DNA of 64,000 nt from Candidatus Latescibacterota bacterium (GTDB lineage: Bacteria > Latescibacterota > UBA2968 > UBA8231). Below are positions 40,560-50,490 of this stretch, piece by piece (position 1 is the stretch's first letter; every line of letters starts with the position of its first letter). The stretch is from positions 1,760,001-1,824,000 of the forward strand of contig OZ241362.1 of NCBI GenBank assembly GCA_965200315.1, read 5' to 3'. The notes below the pieces were generated by a model. That model had not been told where the DNA came from, made no database searches, and saw only the letters and a list, made by a program, of their open reading frames with translations. A program made the position numbers and the translations under genes.

Positions 40560-41570
40560 CTATTCCCTTTTCTCAATCCACGTCGGCTCAAAGCGAGCCA
40601 AGCGCAAACAGCCGTAGCGCTCGGCCTCGTATAGACACAAAACCTGTCCGTCGGGAGCCACGGCCAAATCGGAGTACGCCGCCGCACCCGGCTCAAGCAC
40701 TCGCTCTATAGACCAACTGTGCCCTTGGTCCACACTCAGCCGCAAGGTCAACTCGGCGCGCTCGTCGGGCTTACTCGGATGCGCCATGAGCATGCGCCCA
40801 TCGTCGAGACGCACAATGCTGCCCTGACAAGAAGGTTCGGGCAGGGCCGACTCATAGGCCACCGCAGACCAAGTGGCGCCGCCATCGCGGCTGCGCGACC
40901 AGCCCCGGCAGCGGCGTTCGTTGCGACTGCGCAGGGTCATATACAGAAAGCCATCGGCCATTTCCACGGCCTCGCATTCGTCCGAGGCGTCGTGAGTCAA
41001 CTTGGCTCCAGCCCGCCAAGTGTGGCCGCCATCGTCGCTGTAAAAAGCAATGGAAGACTGCACTTGGCCCCAAGTGGGCGGCGGCTGACGCCAAGTGGCC
41101 GGGCCGGGGCTTTCATCGACCCAAGAGGGCACGAGCAAGCGACCGCTTTGCAGTTGGATGCCGTGGCCGGGTCCAGTACCGAGGTAGGTCCACGAAGAAG
41201 ACTTCACCTGAGAGGTAATCTCCACCGGGTCAGCCCAAGCGCGTCCGCCATCGACGCTGCGACTGACAAACACCTCTTGATTGTCCTTGCAAAAGGGCAG
41301 CAACACCGCACCGCGGTCGTGGTCAACTACGGGACAGGGGTTGCCGCAGGTGCGCTCCCCATCGGCGACGATCCGCTGGCGCGGTTCCCAAGTGCGACCG
41401 CCATCGGTGCTGCGGCGCAGGAGAATGTCGATTTGATCGTCGTCGCGGCCGGTGTGGCGGCGCGCTTCGCAAAAGGCCAGCACGGCGCCGTCTGGCGCTA
41501 CGGCCAAGGCGGGGATGCGATAGGTGTGGTAGCCTTCTTGGCCGGAGACGAATAGGTCTTGTATTTGCAC
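40560..41570 (-). CDS. Exo-alpha-sialidase (GH33) family protein
   Basis: YRIP motif, multiple S.DGG.TW Asp-boxes, AAYSDL; GTG start after AAGGAG. Confidence 0.9.
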   Translation of the reverse strand: MQIQDLFVSGQEGYHTYRIPALAVAPDGAVLAFCEARRHTGRDDDQIDILLRRSTDGGRTWEPRQRIVADGERTCGNPCPVVDHDRGAVLLPFCKDNQEVFVSRSVDGGRAWADPVEITSQVKSSSWTYLGTGPGHGIQLQSGRLLVPSWVDESPGPATWRQPPPTWGQVQSSIAFYSDDGGHTWRAGAKLTHDASDECEAVEMADGFLYMTLRSRNERRCRGWSRSRDGGATWSAVAYESALPEPSCQGSIVRLDDGRMLMAHPSKPDERAELTLRLSVDQGHSWSIERVLEPGAAAYSDLAVAPDGQVLCLYEAERYGCLRLARFEPTWIEKRE

Positions 41571-41759
41571 GGTTCGCTCCTTAAAGCAGCATCGACTTGG
41601 TTCCGCAGCGCCAGCCCTCCGGGCAGGATCGCCTAGCCGTGCTCCTGCAAGTGGTCGGGGGCGGCGCGGTGCTGCGATTCGTCGAGGGCTAGTGGGTCCA
41701 CAATCCATTCTCCCCAGTTGCGTGAAGGCGTGCTTTAGCGATGAGGTTTTGCTCACTGT

Positions 41760-42593
41760 TTAGGTGAGTTTTTCCAGCACGTGCTCCTCGTAGTACTCTG
41801 CGGAAAAACCGGCCTCGGCGTAGGCTTGGGTGGCCGCGGACCACTGGCTGTAAAAGGTGCGTTGCTCGGGGTCGGGATGTTCGGCCAAGCGCTGCGGGAG
41901 GAGCACCCAATTGGTCAAGGGCTGGCTGGCGGCGCGGCTGTAGTAGTGGTGCAAGGTGCGTCGGGCGCGGGCGCGTTGTCCGGGCAGGCGGGTGTGAAAA
42001 ATGGCAATGTCGTACAGAACCAAGGTGCCGGCCGGGCCGCGGATGGGCACTTCTTCATAATCCGGCCCCAATTGGACGCGGGCCTCGTCCAAAGTCTCGT
42101 AAGGACCGCTGTTGGGCACGACGCAAAAGCAGGGGTCGCCGGCCCCCACGTCGCTCAAGTAGTGAATCGCGCAGACATAGGTGCATTCGTAAGGACGCTC
42201 AGGCTCAGACTCGGTGGTGGGTTGGTAGGGCCGGTCGCGGTGGAAGTGCATCTCGCCGTCGCCCTTGCCAGCGGGCACATCGCGGAAATCGAATTGGGCA
42301 AAGCGAGGTTGGGGTGCCATGATGGTCTGCACTAGATCGTAGGAGACCGCCGGCTGGATAAAGCGATCTAACTCGGGGTGGTGAACCAAAATTTGCCCGT
42401 GCGAAAAGACGCCCAAGCGGTCGGGGCCCCATTCGCGGGGAATTTCCCCTTTGGAGCGATCGACAAAGGCGTTGAGAGTGCGGATGTCGGCGAGTGGTAG
42501 GGCGTCGGCGACCACGGCGTACCTATACTGCTGAAAAAAAGCGAGTATGTCTTCCTTTTTGTCGCAAGCAAAATGGGAGGCTGCGCCAGGCAT
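41760..42593 (-). CDS. PhyH family dioxygenase
   Basis: FHRD, FCVVPNS, AGTLVLYD..IFH. Confidence 0.75.
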   Translation of the reverse strand: MPGAASHFACDKKEDILAFFQQYRYAVVADALPLADIRTLNAFVDRSKGEIPREWGPDRLGVFSHGQILVHHPELDRFIQPAVSYDLVQTIMAPQPRFAQFDFRDVPAGKGDGEMHFHRDRPYQPTTESEPERPYECTYVCAIHYLSDVGAGDPCFCVVPNSGPYETLDEARVQLGPDYEEVPIRGPAGTLVLYDIAIFHTRLPGQRARARRTLHHYYSRAASQPLTNWVLLPQRLAEHPDPEQRTFYSQWSAATQAYAEAGFSAEYYEEHVLEKLT

Positions 42594-43576
42594 TAGGCTT
42601 CCTCCACCGCCTGCAAGGCCGCGTGGATATAGCCAAAGGCATAGGCAAAACCAACTTTGCCCGGCTCCGGGCCGCTGATCCCGGGGACGTGATCCGGCAT
42701 GATCATATACTCGTAGCCGACTTCCTTGTACACCTTCAGAGCCCGAACCATATTGACATCGCCCTCGTCGGGAAAGACCTCGACGAAGTTACCCAAACCG
42801 CCTTTAATGTTGCGGAAGTGGACGTTGAAAATTTTCTTGCGCTCGCCAAAGTAGCGAATGACAGCGAAAATTTCCTCCGCCGGATTGACCAGTGCCTCGG
42901 ACATGCAGCCTTGGCAGAAATTCAGGCCGTTGTAAGGACTGTCGTAGAGCGCGATGAGCTTTTTGAAGCCCTCGACCATCCCCAAGGGACGCACCACGCC
43001 CCGATACGTATTGCCCACGCCAATGCCCGGGTCGGACGGATGGCAGGCCATCTGGACTTTGTATTCTTCGGCCACGGGTATGATCTCCTGCAGCCAGTGG
43101 TCAATGCGCTCCCACATTTCGTCTTCATCGGCCGGCCCGTCTTCAAATTCGCCCAGCGATTGGTCCAATTGGTCCAACTCAAAGGTCGATACGATGGCTC
43201 CCCCGCGCCCCGTCTTCGAGGGCGTCCGCAGGTGGCCCAAGATGGTGATGTTGTAGTTGAGGCCGCGGATGCCAGCCTCGCCTGCCATCCGCACCGTCTC
43301 TTTCATCGAGTCAATCTGGCGGTCGCGCTCGTCGCTCGGTTTGAGAAAGATCGCCCCGGCCTCGTTTTGGTAGGCACTGCGCGAGCCCAAGGGGATGTGA
43401 ATCATCTCCATGCTGATGCCGTGTTTGGCCCACCGCTCCTTCATCTGCAGCAGCATCTCCGTGCTCCATTCCCGCCACGGCGCGGAAGGAGTCTGATCGA
43501 CGTTTCTGATGCCGAGTTGCGACAAGACCTGCATTTCTTCGTCGGTCTGTTCCCCGAATTGCGATCCAATGTACAT
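42593..43576 (-). CDS. uxuA: Mannonate dehydratase family protein
   Basis: IIPVAEEY.V.MACHP.DP, NGLNFCQG, VHFRN, MPDHVP. Confidence 0.8.
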   Translation of the reverse strand: MYIGSQFGEQTDEEMQVLSQLGIRNVDQTPSAPWREWSTEMLLQMKERWAKHGISMEMIHIPLGSRSAYQNEAGAIFLKPSDERDRQIDSMKETVRMAGEAGIRGLNYNITILGHLRTPSKTGRGGAIVSTFELDQLDQSLGEFEDGPADEDEMWERIDHWLQEIIPVAEEYKVQMACHPSDPGIGVGNTYRGVVRPLGMVEGFKKLIALYDSPYNGLNFCQGCMSEALVNPAEEIFAVIRYFGERKKIFNVHFRNIKGGLGNFVEVFPDEGDVNMVRALKVYKEVGYEYMIMPDHVPGISGPEPGKVGFAYAFGYIHAALQAVEEA

Positions 43577-43636
43577 AGCATATCCTCCAAGTGGTCGGTT
43601 TAGTAATGGACGATTAACATACGGCGGCGGCCAAAG

Positions 43637-44374
43637 TTAGCTCGGCGCATCCGCTTGAAAAAGCGTAATCCCCATCGCCAGATACTTGTCGCGTTCTTCC
43701 GGGCTAGTACCCGTTCCCATCGCCAGACTGATGCCAGTACCAGCCAACTGCGCGGCGACATTGCGCATACAGTCATCGACCGTGCGCAACGGATAGTCCG
43801 GATGATCCTCCAAGCTGAAGGAAAGGTCGTTGGGGCCGAACGTGACCACGCGCACACCCGGCTTGGCCAATTTGCGAATGTTGGTCACCGCTTCGACGGA
43901 TTCTACCTGGATCGCCAAAATCACGTAGTCATTCCACCACGCCGCATAGGCGCGGCGGTCGATCCCTTGAGTCGAGCCACGCAGACCGCGGCGATTTGCG
44001 CCGCCCCAACTGCGCCGCCCAACCGGGCCGTAATAGGCATAGGCAATGGCGTCGTCCACGGTCTCCGGCTCCATGACCTCGGGAATCAAGACCGCGCTGG
44101 GACCCAAGTCGAGATAGCGCCCGACCATGTGGGCCTGCCGAGTGTGCGGGATGCGCAATTGCACGTCGATATCCAGCTCTTCGGCCGCCCGGCAGTACGC
44201 GACCAATTGCTCTTCGCTGAAGGGAGTGTGCTGGCTGTCGATCCAGATGTAGTCGTACAGACCGGCAGACCATATATCGGCCAACTCCTCCTTGGTGGTG
44301 GTTAGCGAGCCGCGCAGGGCGGTGAGCACTTCGCCATCTTGCATGCGTTGTCTGAGCGTCTTCTTTGGCGTCAT
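43637..44374 (-). CDS. HpcH/HpaI aldolase family protein
   Basis: IWIDSQH, P.G.RS.G, QVES.EAV.NI, FGPNDLS. Confidence 0.85.
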   Translation of the reverse strand: MTPKKTLRQRMQDGEVLTALRGSLTTTKEELADIWSAGLYDYIWIDSQHTPFSEEQLVAYCRAAEELDIDVQLRIPHTRQAHMVGRYLDLGPSAVLIPEVMEPETVDDAIAYAYYGPVGRRSWGGANRRGLRGSTQGIDRRAYAAWWNDYVILAIQVESVEAVTNIRKLAKPGVRVVTFGPNDLSFSLEDHPDYPLRTVDDCMRNVAAQLAGTGISLAMGTGTSPEERDKYLAMGITLFQADAPS

Positions 44375-44462
44375 AATGACTCCTGTCTTAGTCGGCTAAT
44401 TGAATGGGAAAGAACCCGTGATTAGATTGGATGAAACCGCAAAGGAAGGTGAATAAATCGCC

Positions 44463-46348
44463 ATGACCGCGAAAGAGCTTTCTGCTATCCCGTACAGCAC
44501 ACCGGAGCAACTAGTACAGGACTTCGCCAGCCGCGGGCTGGTCGTCCTAGCCCCGGAAAGCCTCGGCATTCCAGCCGCCGTCCACGAGCGAATCTATCGG
44601 CGCGAAAAACAGGCGGTCGGCTCCAGCGAGCGCGTAACGCCCGAACTCATCCCAGACGTACTCGAAGTAATCAACGCCTCTGGCGTCGTCGCGGCCTGCA
44701 ACCAATTAGTCGGCGAGCACTGGGCCATTGTGCCGTTTACCCACAATGCGACCTTTACCAGCGGCGGCCGCGACCAGCACTGGCACAAGGACGACAACGG
44801 CCCGTTCAACGGCCGCAAACAGCACCACCACCAAGCCGTGCAAATCGAAATGCTGTACTATCCGCAGGCCGTGCGCGAGGACATGGGCCCGACCGCGACC
44901 GTGCCCTACTCTCACTACTGGACCTTCAACCACGAAGAAAACCACGACAATTTCGCCGGAGCCGATCACCTCGATTTCGGCTACCACCTCAGCGGCATGG
45001 AGGGCGAGCTAGTCAGCGGCCCCGATTCCCAATACGACCCCAGCGATATTGTCCAGCGCCGCACCGCGCACGACGTGCGCCTGCGGGAGGCGGTCACCAA
45101 CCTACAGTGGCCACTCGTGCAGCCTTTTGAAGTGGCACCACTGCGCACCGGCAGCGTCGTGTTGTACTCTCACAATACCTTCCACCGGGGCAACCACCGC
45201 CGCGACGATTGGCGCACTTGGAAAGACAACCCGCGCTTCATGTGGCGTTTCTGGATCTATCGCACCACCGATCCCGCCGGCGGCCATGGCTCGCCGAGCG
45301 CAGTGCATTGGAACGGGCTTGGCGTGGACCCGCTGACCCGCATCGACAGGTCTGCGGCCAACGACGACGTCACCTCGGTTTGGCGCTATCACCACCACTG
45401 GATGCAGACGGGCCAAACGCCGCCGCCGCGACCCGAGGCCACCGCCCTATCGTCGGCGGACCGAGAAGCGGAGGCCAACCGCTTATTGGCCCAGCTACAC
45501 GCCCAAGGCGAAGCGGCCGAGCCTGCGCGCATTGGCGCGGCGTACAAACTGGCCTCCATCGGCGACCCGGCACTAGCGGTGCGGCTGCTCGGTCAGGCTC
45601 TGTACAACGACCGAGAGAGTGTGCGGCGGGCCGCCACCTACGGCCTGATCGCCGTTGGCGCGGAGGCTACCGACACCTTGCTCAAAGCGGCGAATTCCCC
45701 CATCAAATGGGTCCGCAAGGCGGGCGTGTACGGCTTGGGGATGCCAGCCCCTCAACGAAGAGGTCTTGCAGACCGTAGCGACGCGCCTGCGCGAAGATCC
45801 GTCGGTATATGTCCGGGCCGTCGCCGCTGGTACCTTGGGCTGCCTCGGCCGCCGCGCAATCGCGACCGGGGTCGGCCGAGCACTGATTCCCGCCTGCCTC
45901 GAAGCACTGGTGCAGAGTCTGGGCCGTGAGGAAAACCGGCTGGCCATGGACCGGGCGCAAGGGCGGAGCATAAAGTTCGTGCGGCCCACCGATGAGTGCG
46001 ATGTATGCGAGGGGGGGTGGCGTCGATTTTGGCCTCGAGCGATTCAAGCCGGTGCGCTCGGCCGTGCGCGAGAACGCGCTGTGGTCCATGGTCATCCTCT
46101 GTTCCCACGGTACCGCGATTGCCGGCCCGGCCCTAGGGCCGACCGCCCGGGCCTTGCAAGCGGTCATCCGCCGCGACGACAACGCCATCTGCGTCGGATT
46201 GGCCATGGATGCGCTGGGCCGCCTAGCCCATTTGCATCCCGAGGGCGAAACCGCGAGTGGCCTGCAGGCGGAGGTCGCGGCGCTACTCGCAGAGTCGCCC
46301 ATGCGGTGTTGGGAATCCCTAGTCCGCAGCGGCCTCAGACCCGCATAG
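44463..46348 (+). pseudogene. PhyH-like dioxygenase fused to HEAT repeats; frameshifts at homopolymers (~45740-45752 and ~46011)
   Basis: WHKDD and HNTFHRG in the N-terminal part; HEAT-like VRRAATYGL, VRAVAAGTLG and VRENALWS continue across frames. Confidence 0.7.
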
Positions 46349-46441
46349 CGCAGATGTGTCAACACGTGCTATGCAGGCCAGCGAACCCACCCCCACTTGG
46401 CGCACCGACGGGCCTACGCTAAGACTCGGGATATAGCCGTC

Positions 46442-47320
46442 CTACATGGCTTGCGGCGCGTACCGGTTGGCAGGCGTGAACGCACTCCACTCGTCGGCCG
46501 GGCCATGGCCGGCGAGCCGATGGCTGTAGCGCATCTGCTTGGCTCCATTCCTGAAGCCGATGCCTTGGAAGTGAACCTGAATCTCCGGCGTGTTATCTGA
46601 GCAGGACACGGCTTGGGGCATCTCCAACAGATGCCCCGCCCTGACTTGGCGGATGACGATGCCCGGGGGCGTATAGCCGGGCTGATAGGCAATCAGCCCG
46701 GCCCGCGTTCCAAACCACAGCCGCCCGCGGCTATCGCGCAGAATGGCCTCGACGATGTTCTCAAGGGGGGACTTGCCCAGCCGGATGTTCTGAAATAGCT
46801 GACCGTCGCACTTTAGGACGCCCCCGCCGCTGGTCCCAATCCACAGACACCCTTCCTGCGGGTCGCTTACCTGCGCTAGAATGCCATTGGCCGACAGCTC
46901 GCCTTGGTCGGCCGTAAACTGATGCACCTCGTGGGATCGGTAGTCCCAAGCAAACAGGCCGTTGGCCGTCCCAATCCACAGCCGGGCCGCGTGGTCGCAC
47001 AACGCACTCACATAAGCGACGGTTGCTAGCTTGGGTATATCAGCCACGTGGAAACGGCCGTCCCGATACACGTAGAGCGCCGGGGTGCTCCCATAGATCC
47101 CAACCCACAAGGTGCCTTGGCTATCCTGCAAGGCAACTCGGCATTGATCAGGCCCCTGCCTGTCTGCTATGAAGCGGTTGCCTTCGATTCTTCCCAAGCG
47201 TCCCGTGGCCGTGCCGACCCGCAGGCGCCCGGCTAAGTCTGCGTACAGCATGATTTCTTGCGGGCCGAGGTCTTTCGCCACTTCGATCACTTGGGTTTCT
47301 GTATCCACCCTTTTGGGCAC
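46442..47320 (-). pseudogene. C-terminal part of a two-component-regulator-type beta-propeller / Y_Y_Y protein
   Basis: DSQGTLWVG, LWIGTANG, DSRGRLWFGT, Y.HRL.G...W; ends abruptly. Confidence 0.7.
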
Positions 47321-47535
47321 TGCTTTAGTATTTTCCTGTCGCCATCACCACAGCAGAGGCCGACTCTCCCGGGTCTCCTGCTGAATGCAATAGCCGTATC
47401 GTTACTTTGGGGTAGCTCCCCAATGACTCAAAGCGGTAAATAGGTAGGACCGTCCCGCACCTCTGCGTGGTGGTGGCAAGGCCCGGCTCTTAGTCGAGTC
47501 GGGTAAAATGCCACCATTTACAGCAGAGGTGCCCC

Positions 47536-47841
47536 ATGTTCCGTCCGTGCGTCTTTCTAGTCGCCGTTCTCTGCCTGGTCGCCTGCTCTAGGCATCAGGC
47601 TCTATTAGCCCCTCAAGAAGTTTCTACCGAATCAGGCCCCGCCATACGGTTGTCGTATGTGGCTAACCCCATGACCAATGGGACACGTTGCATGTATGAC
47701 CGGCCCGGACTGCTCTACTGGTCGCGCCTAGGCTTGACGGCGACCGTGCTATCAAAGGGGCAGTGGGTCTATCATACCTATACCTGGGATTACATCGGTA
47801 TTGAGCCTTCCGTTGGCGAAGTCTCCTATGGGATCAATTAA
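47536..47841 (+). CDS. Small putative lipoprotein
   Basis: GAGG RBS, hydrophobic stretch and LVAC lipobox. Confidence 0.5.
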   Translation: MFRPCVFLVAVLCLVACSRHQALLAPQEVSTESGPAIRLSYVANPMTNGTRCMYDRPGLLYWSRLGLTATVLSKGQWVYHTYTWDYIGIEPSVGEVSYGIN

Positions 47842-48046
47842 TGGTCGAATCACTTTCCTTGGGGATAAACTCGCCATCTGGACACCGGAGTAATAGGTAG
47901 AAAGCGGGTAATTTTTAGCGTGGATACTCCCCTTCGCAAGGGGACAGATAGACGAGAGACGACATCCGCGCTCGTGGGGAGGTGGGGCGCGGCCGGCCTC
48001 CCCACACCTATTTTTACTCGTAGGCGAAAAGCCTTATATTCAGGAT

Positions 48047-48202
48047 ATGAAACAACCGCCTAAGCGTCCCCGCGATACCAACCAACCGGCATGGCAGATC
48101 GTCCAAGAGACGACGCGGCAGCCTTACTCTACTAAGTCTCATAGTCCTAAAGACACGACTGCGAAAAAGCGGGAATCTAAGAAGCAGTCAGAAGCTCAAT
48201 AA
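48047..48202 (+). CDS. Small basic protein (51 aa) with a KRPRDxNQ motif
   Basis: MKQPPKRPRDTNQPAWQIVQETT; AGGA RBS; followed by a terminator. Confidence 0.5.
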   Translation: MKQPPKRPRDTNQPAWQIVQETTRQPYSTKSHSPKDTTAKKRESKKQSEAQ

Positions 48203-48211
48203 ACCCATCTC

Positions 48212-48256
48212 ACGTAAAAAGGCTCCTAAGTATTTTACTCAGGGGCCTTTTTACGT
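48212..48256. terminator. Bidirectional terminator between convergent genes
   Basis: ACGTAAAAAGGCTCCT...AGGGGCCTTTTTACGT with A- and T-tracts on either side. Confidence 0.8.
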
Positions 48257-48272
48257 AAATAAGCCTTATTTA

Positions 48273-48614
48273 TCAAAATTCAGGTTCAATAGAATCTTCT
48301 ATTGCAATTTTGCTCATGAGAGAGAAGGCAGATGAAAGTGAAAGTATAAACAGAGACAATGCTATAAAGTGAAAAAAACCTAAGACGTACGTAAAAGGCT
48401 CTAATCCCTCATCTTGTAGCGCCAAGCGAGCAAATGAATATATAAAGTCTGCAACAACACTATACCATGATGCCAAAACAAACCAAAAAACAGGTAAAGA
48501 GGCCTTTAGTCCGTCAAAGCCAGTATTGCGGTTATAGTTAATCGCAAATACGATGCCAAGTAAGACAACAGCAATAGATAGAAGGGCATATGTTGAGGTT
48601 TCAGCGTATATCAT
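48273..48614 (-). CDS. Hypothetical membrane protein (about 3 TM)
   Basis: Three hydrophobic segments; 4-bp overlap with the upstream gene; AT-rich. Confidence 0.7.
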   Translation of the reverse strand: MIYAETSTYALLSIAVVLLGIVFAINYNRNTGFDGLKASLPVFWFVLASWYSVVADFIYSFARLALQDEGLEPFTYVLGFFHFIALSLFILSLSSAFSLMSKIAIEDSIEPEF

Positions 48615-49192
48615 AATTCCTCGAATTGGGTCGGGGACTGTCTAAATTTTCCAATAATAGCTCCTTTAGCTCTTGGAATATCATCGGGAGGAAAATTCTT
48701 GTACGAGAAATCTCTGTAACATCTCTCCCCGTCTCCAAGATGATGTGAAGAGAGAACCCCTTTTATCCATTCGTCTATCGCTTTATAATGAATATTGTTT
48801 GGACGTTTATTCCTGCGAATATAAATACTTACTTGGTTGTGGTCCTTGAATCTTTGAATAAATTTTAATTTTTGATCGGCTACATTGAAATAGCAACGAA
48901 TCCTAAACGATGGGTTCTTTTTGAGCTTGTCTTGAATCGCTTCGATGAATGGATCGTAATTATACGTCGATCCTTCAAAGAAGTCTCCATCGTCATAGAT
49001 TTCTATTTCTTCCTCGGCCTCTTTGACAAGACTCGTGGCGAGATTAGCAGCTTCAAGGTTGCTGTTGTGCTTTAAACGACTAAACCCTTCTGACCGAAGC
49101 GTTAGCGCACGTTTTGCGTGACGGATGATCCTGAGTCCCATCAGCACTGTAACAATGCCGATTACTATATAGGCAAGAAGTAGGGCGGTCAT
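48611..49192 (-). CDS. Hypothetical N-anchored protein, possible PLD-like domain
   Basis: N-terminal TM; EAEEEIEIYD...RIRCYF...IHYKAID pattern; AT-rich. Confidence 0.7.
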   Translation of the reverse strand: MTALLLAYIVIGIVTVLMGLRIIRHAKRALTLRSEGFSRLKHNSNLEAANLATSLVKEAEEEIEIYDDGDFFEGSTYNYDPFIEAIQDKLKKNPSFRIRCYFNVADQKLKFIQRFKDHNQVSIYIRRNKRPNNIHYKAIDEWIKGVLSSHHLGDGERCYRDFSYKNFPPDDIPRAKGAIIGKFRQSPTQFEEL

Positions 49193-49709
49193 AGGTCAAC
49201 TCTCTTTGGGATAGAAAGCAAATTGTGTACATGCTTGTCCGTAGCTTGTTGCCGTAGAGACAACGGCCAAGCATGAAGGGTAAAAGTGGAATTGATAAAA
49301 AGGGGAGTAGGCAGAAGATTCGTGGGAAATCTTCTAAAGACGCCTACATCGAGATAAGGCAAGAAGGATGTGGGGAGCATCCCTTTTTTCCTTAAATGAA
49401 TGAGTAAAATACAGCAAGCTCCTTGGAACAAAAGAGCTTATTAAAAGCCAAATGGACATAGAAATAGGCGTGTCAAAAATCTGTGTCAAGGGCAAAAATG
49501 CCGGTTTTTTTGTAAAAAAAAATGGGAAAATTTAATAAAAAAATACAAAAAATGGGACTATTATGTCAAGTTTTTAGCTCTTGTAGCCCCCAAACCTGTC
49601 AAGCTACCCAAATTGTAGCCTCTTAAATACTGCACAAGAATATAGTATAACTGCCTTAAATTACTTATATTTAAGGTATATCCAATTCGACTATCCATAG
49701 TCCCTTTCC

Positions 49710-50443
49710 TTATACCTCTTCGGTCGACGTACCGTAATTTACGGCCTCCGTCCCTTCACAAGCTGCGTCCGCATGGATAAAGTCGAGTTGTTGGCTGTGC
49801 GGATCGCAGCGGCCGATAACGGCTTCGGTACCAGTGTAGCAAAAGGCGTCCACAGCAGGCCGGACGCCGCTTGGGCGAATTTCCAAGGCCACTGCATCCC
49901 GCTGTTTCCGGTGCTCAGGTGCCGACCATCGAGGCTGATAACGCCTCGCTCCAGCGTTGCCAGCCACGTCGAACACCCTCCCTAGCGGCTGGCCGGCAAT
50001 TTCCGTCACGCGCTCTACGCACCGATCCCCAACAAACCAGCCCCCCAACAGCCAAGACCCGCACCGAGCCATCCGGCTGCGGTTGCAAGCCCACGATGTC
50101 GTCCCTGGGCAGCCCGCCCGTGTGAGGTGGTGTACGTCCGAAAGTGGTGGCCGTTGTATGCGGCTAGCCCGCCGCCGATCGTACCGAACAGCAACCGGCC
50201 GTCGGCGTCTTCGGCAATCGCCGTTGCGGTCAGATGGGGAAACCCGTCCGACAGGCCGAAGGTGTCGAAATGCGCTCCGTCGAATCGGCTTACGCCGCCA
50301 TCGGCGGTGGCGACCCACAGCATGCCGCGGCGACCTTGGTAGATGTCTTCTATCTGAATTCCGGCCAGCCCATCAAAGACCCTGTACTAGTGCCCTAAGA
50401 TGTGCGGCCTCGGGGCCTTTACAAATTCACTCGCGCTTTGCAT
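49710..50443 (-). pseudogene. N-terminal part of the beta-propeller protein (internal stop, frameshifts)
   Basis: MQSASEF...GH*YRVFDGLAG..IEDIYQ.RRGMLWVATADGGVSRFDG, AEDADGRLLFGT. Confidence 0.7.
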
Positions 50444-50490
50444 CGCATGGCCTTCTTTGGACCTACCCCTTCCTAAGCGGCCGCACCCGC

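Noticed and set aside
41580-41759. Riboswitch upstream of the sialidase
   Set aside because: No convincing cobalamin or TPP consensus; better explained as a decayed PhyH-like coding fragment.
42494-43603. 369-aa plus-strand ORF and other long antisense ORFs
   Set aside because: Shadows of real genes, expected in GC-rich DNA.
49189-49431. 80-aa ORF upstream of the PLD-like gene
   Set aside because: No RBS or recognisable features; likely promoter/leader DNA.
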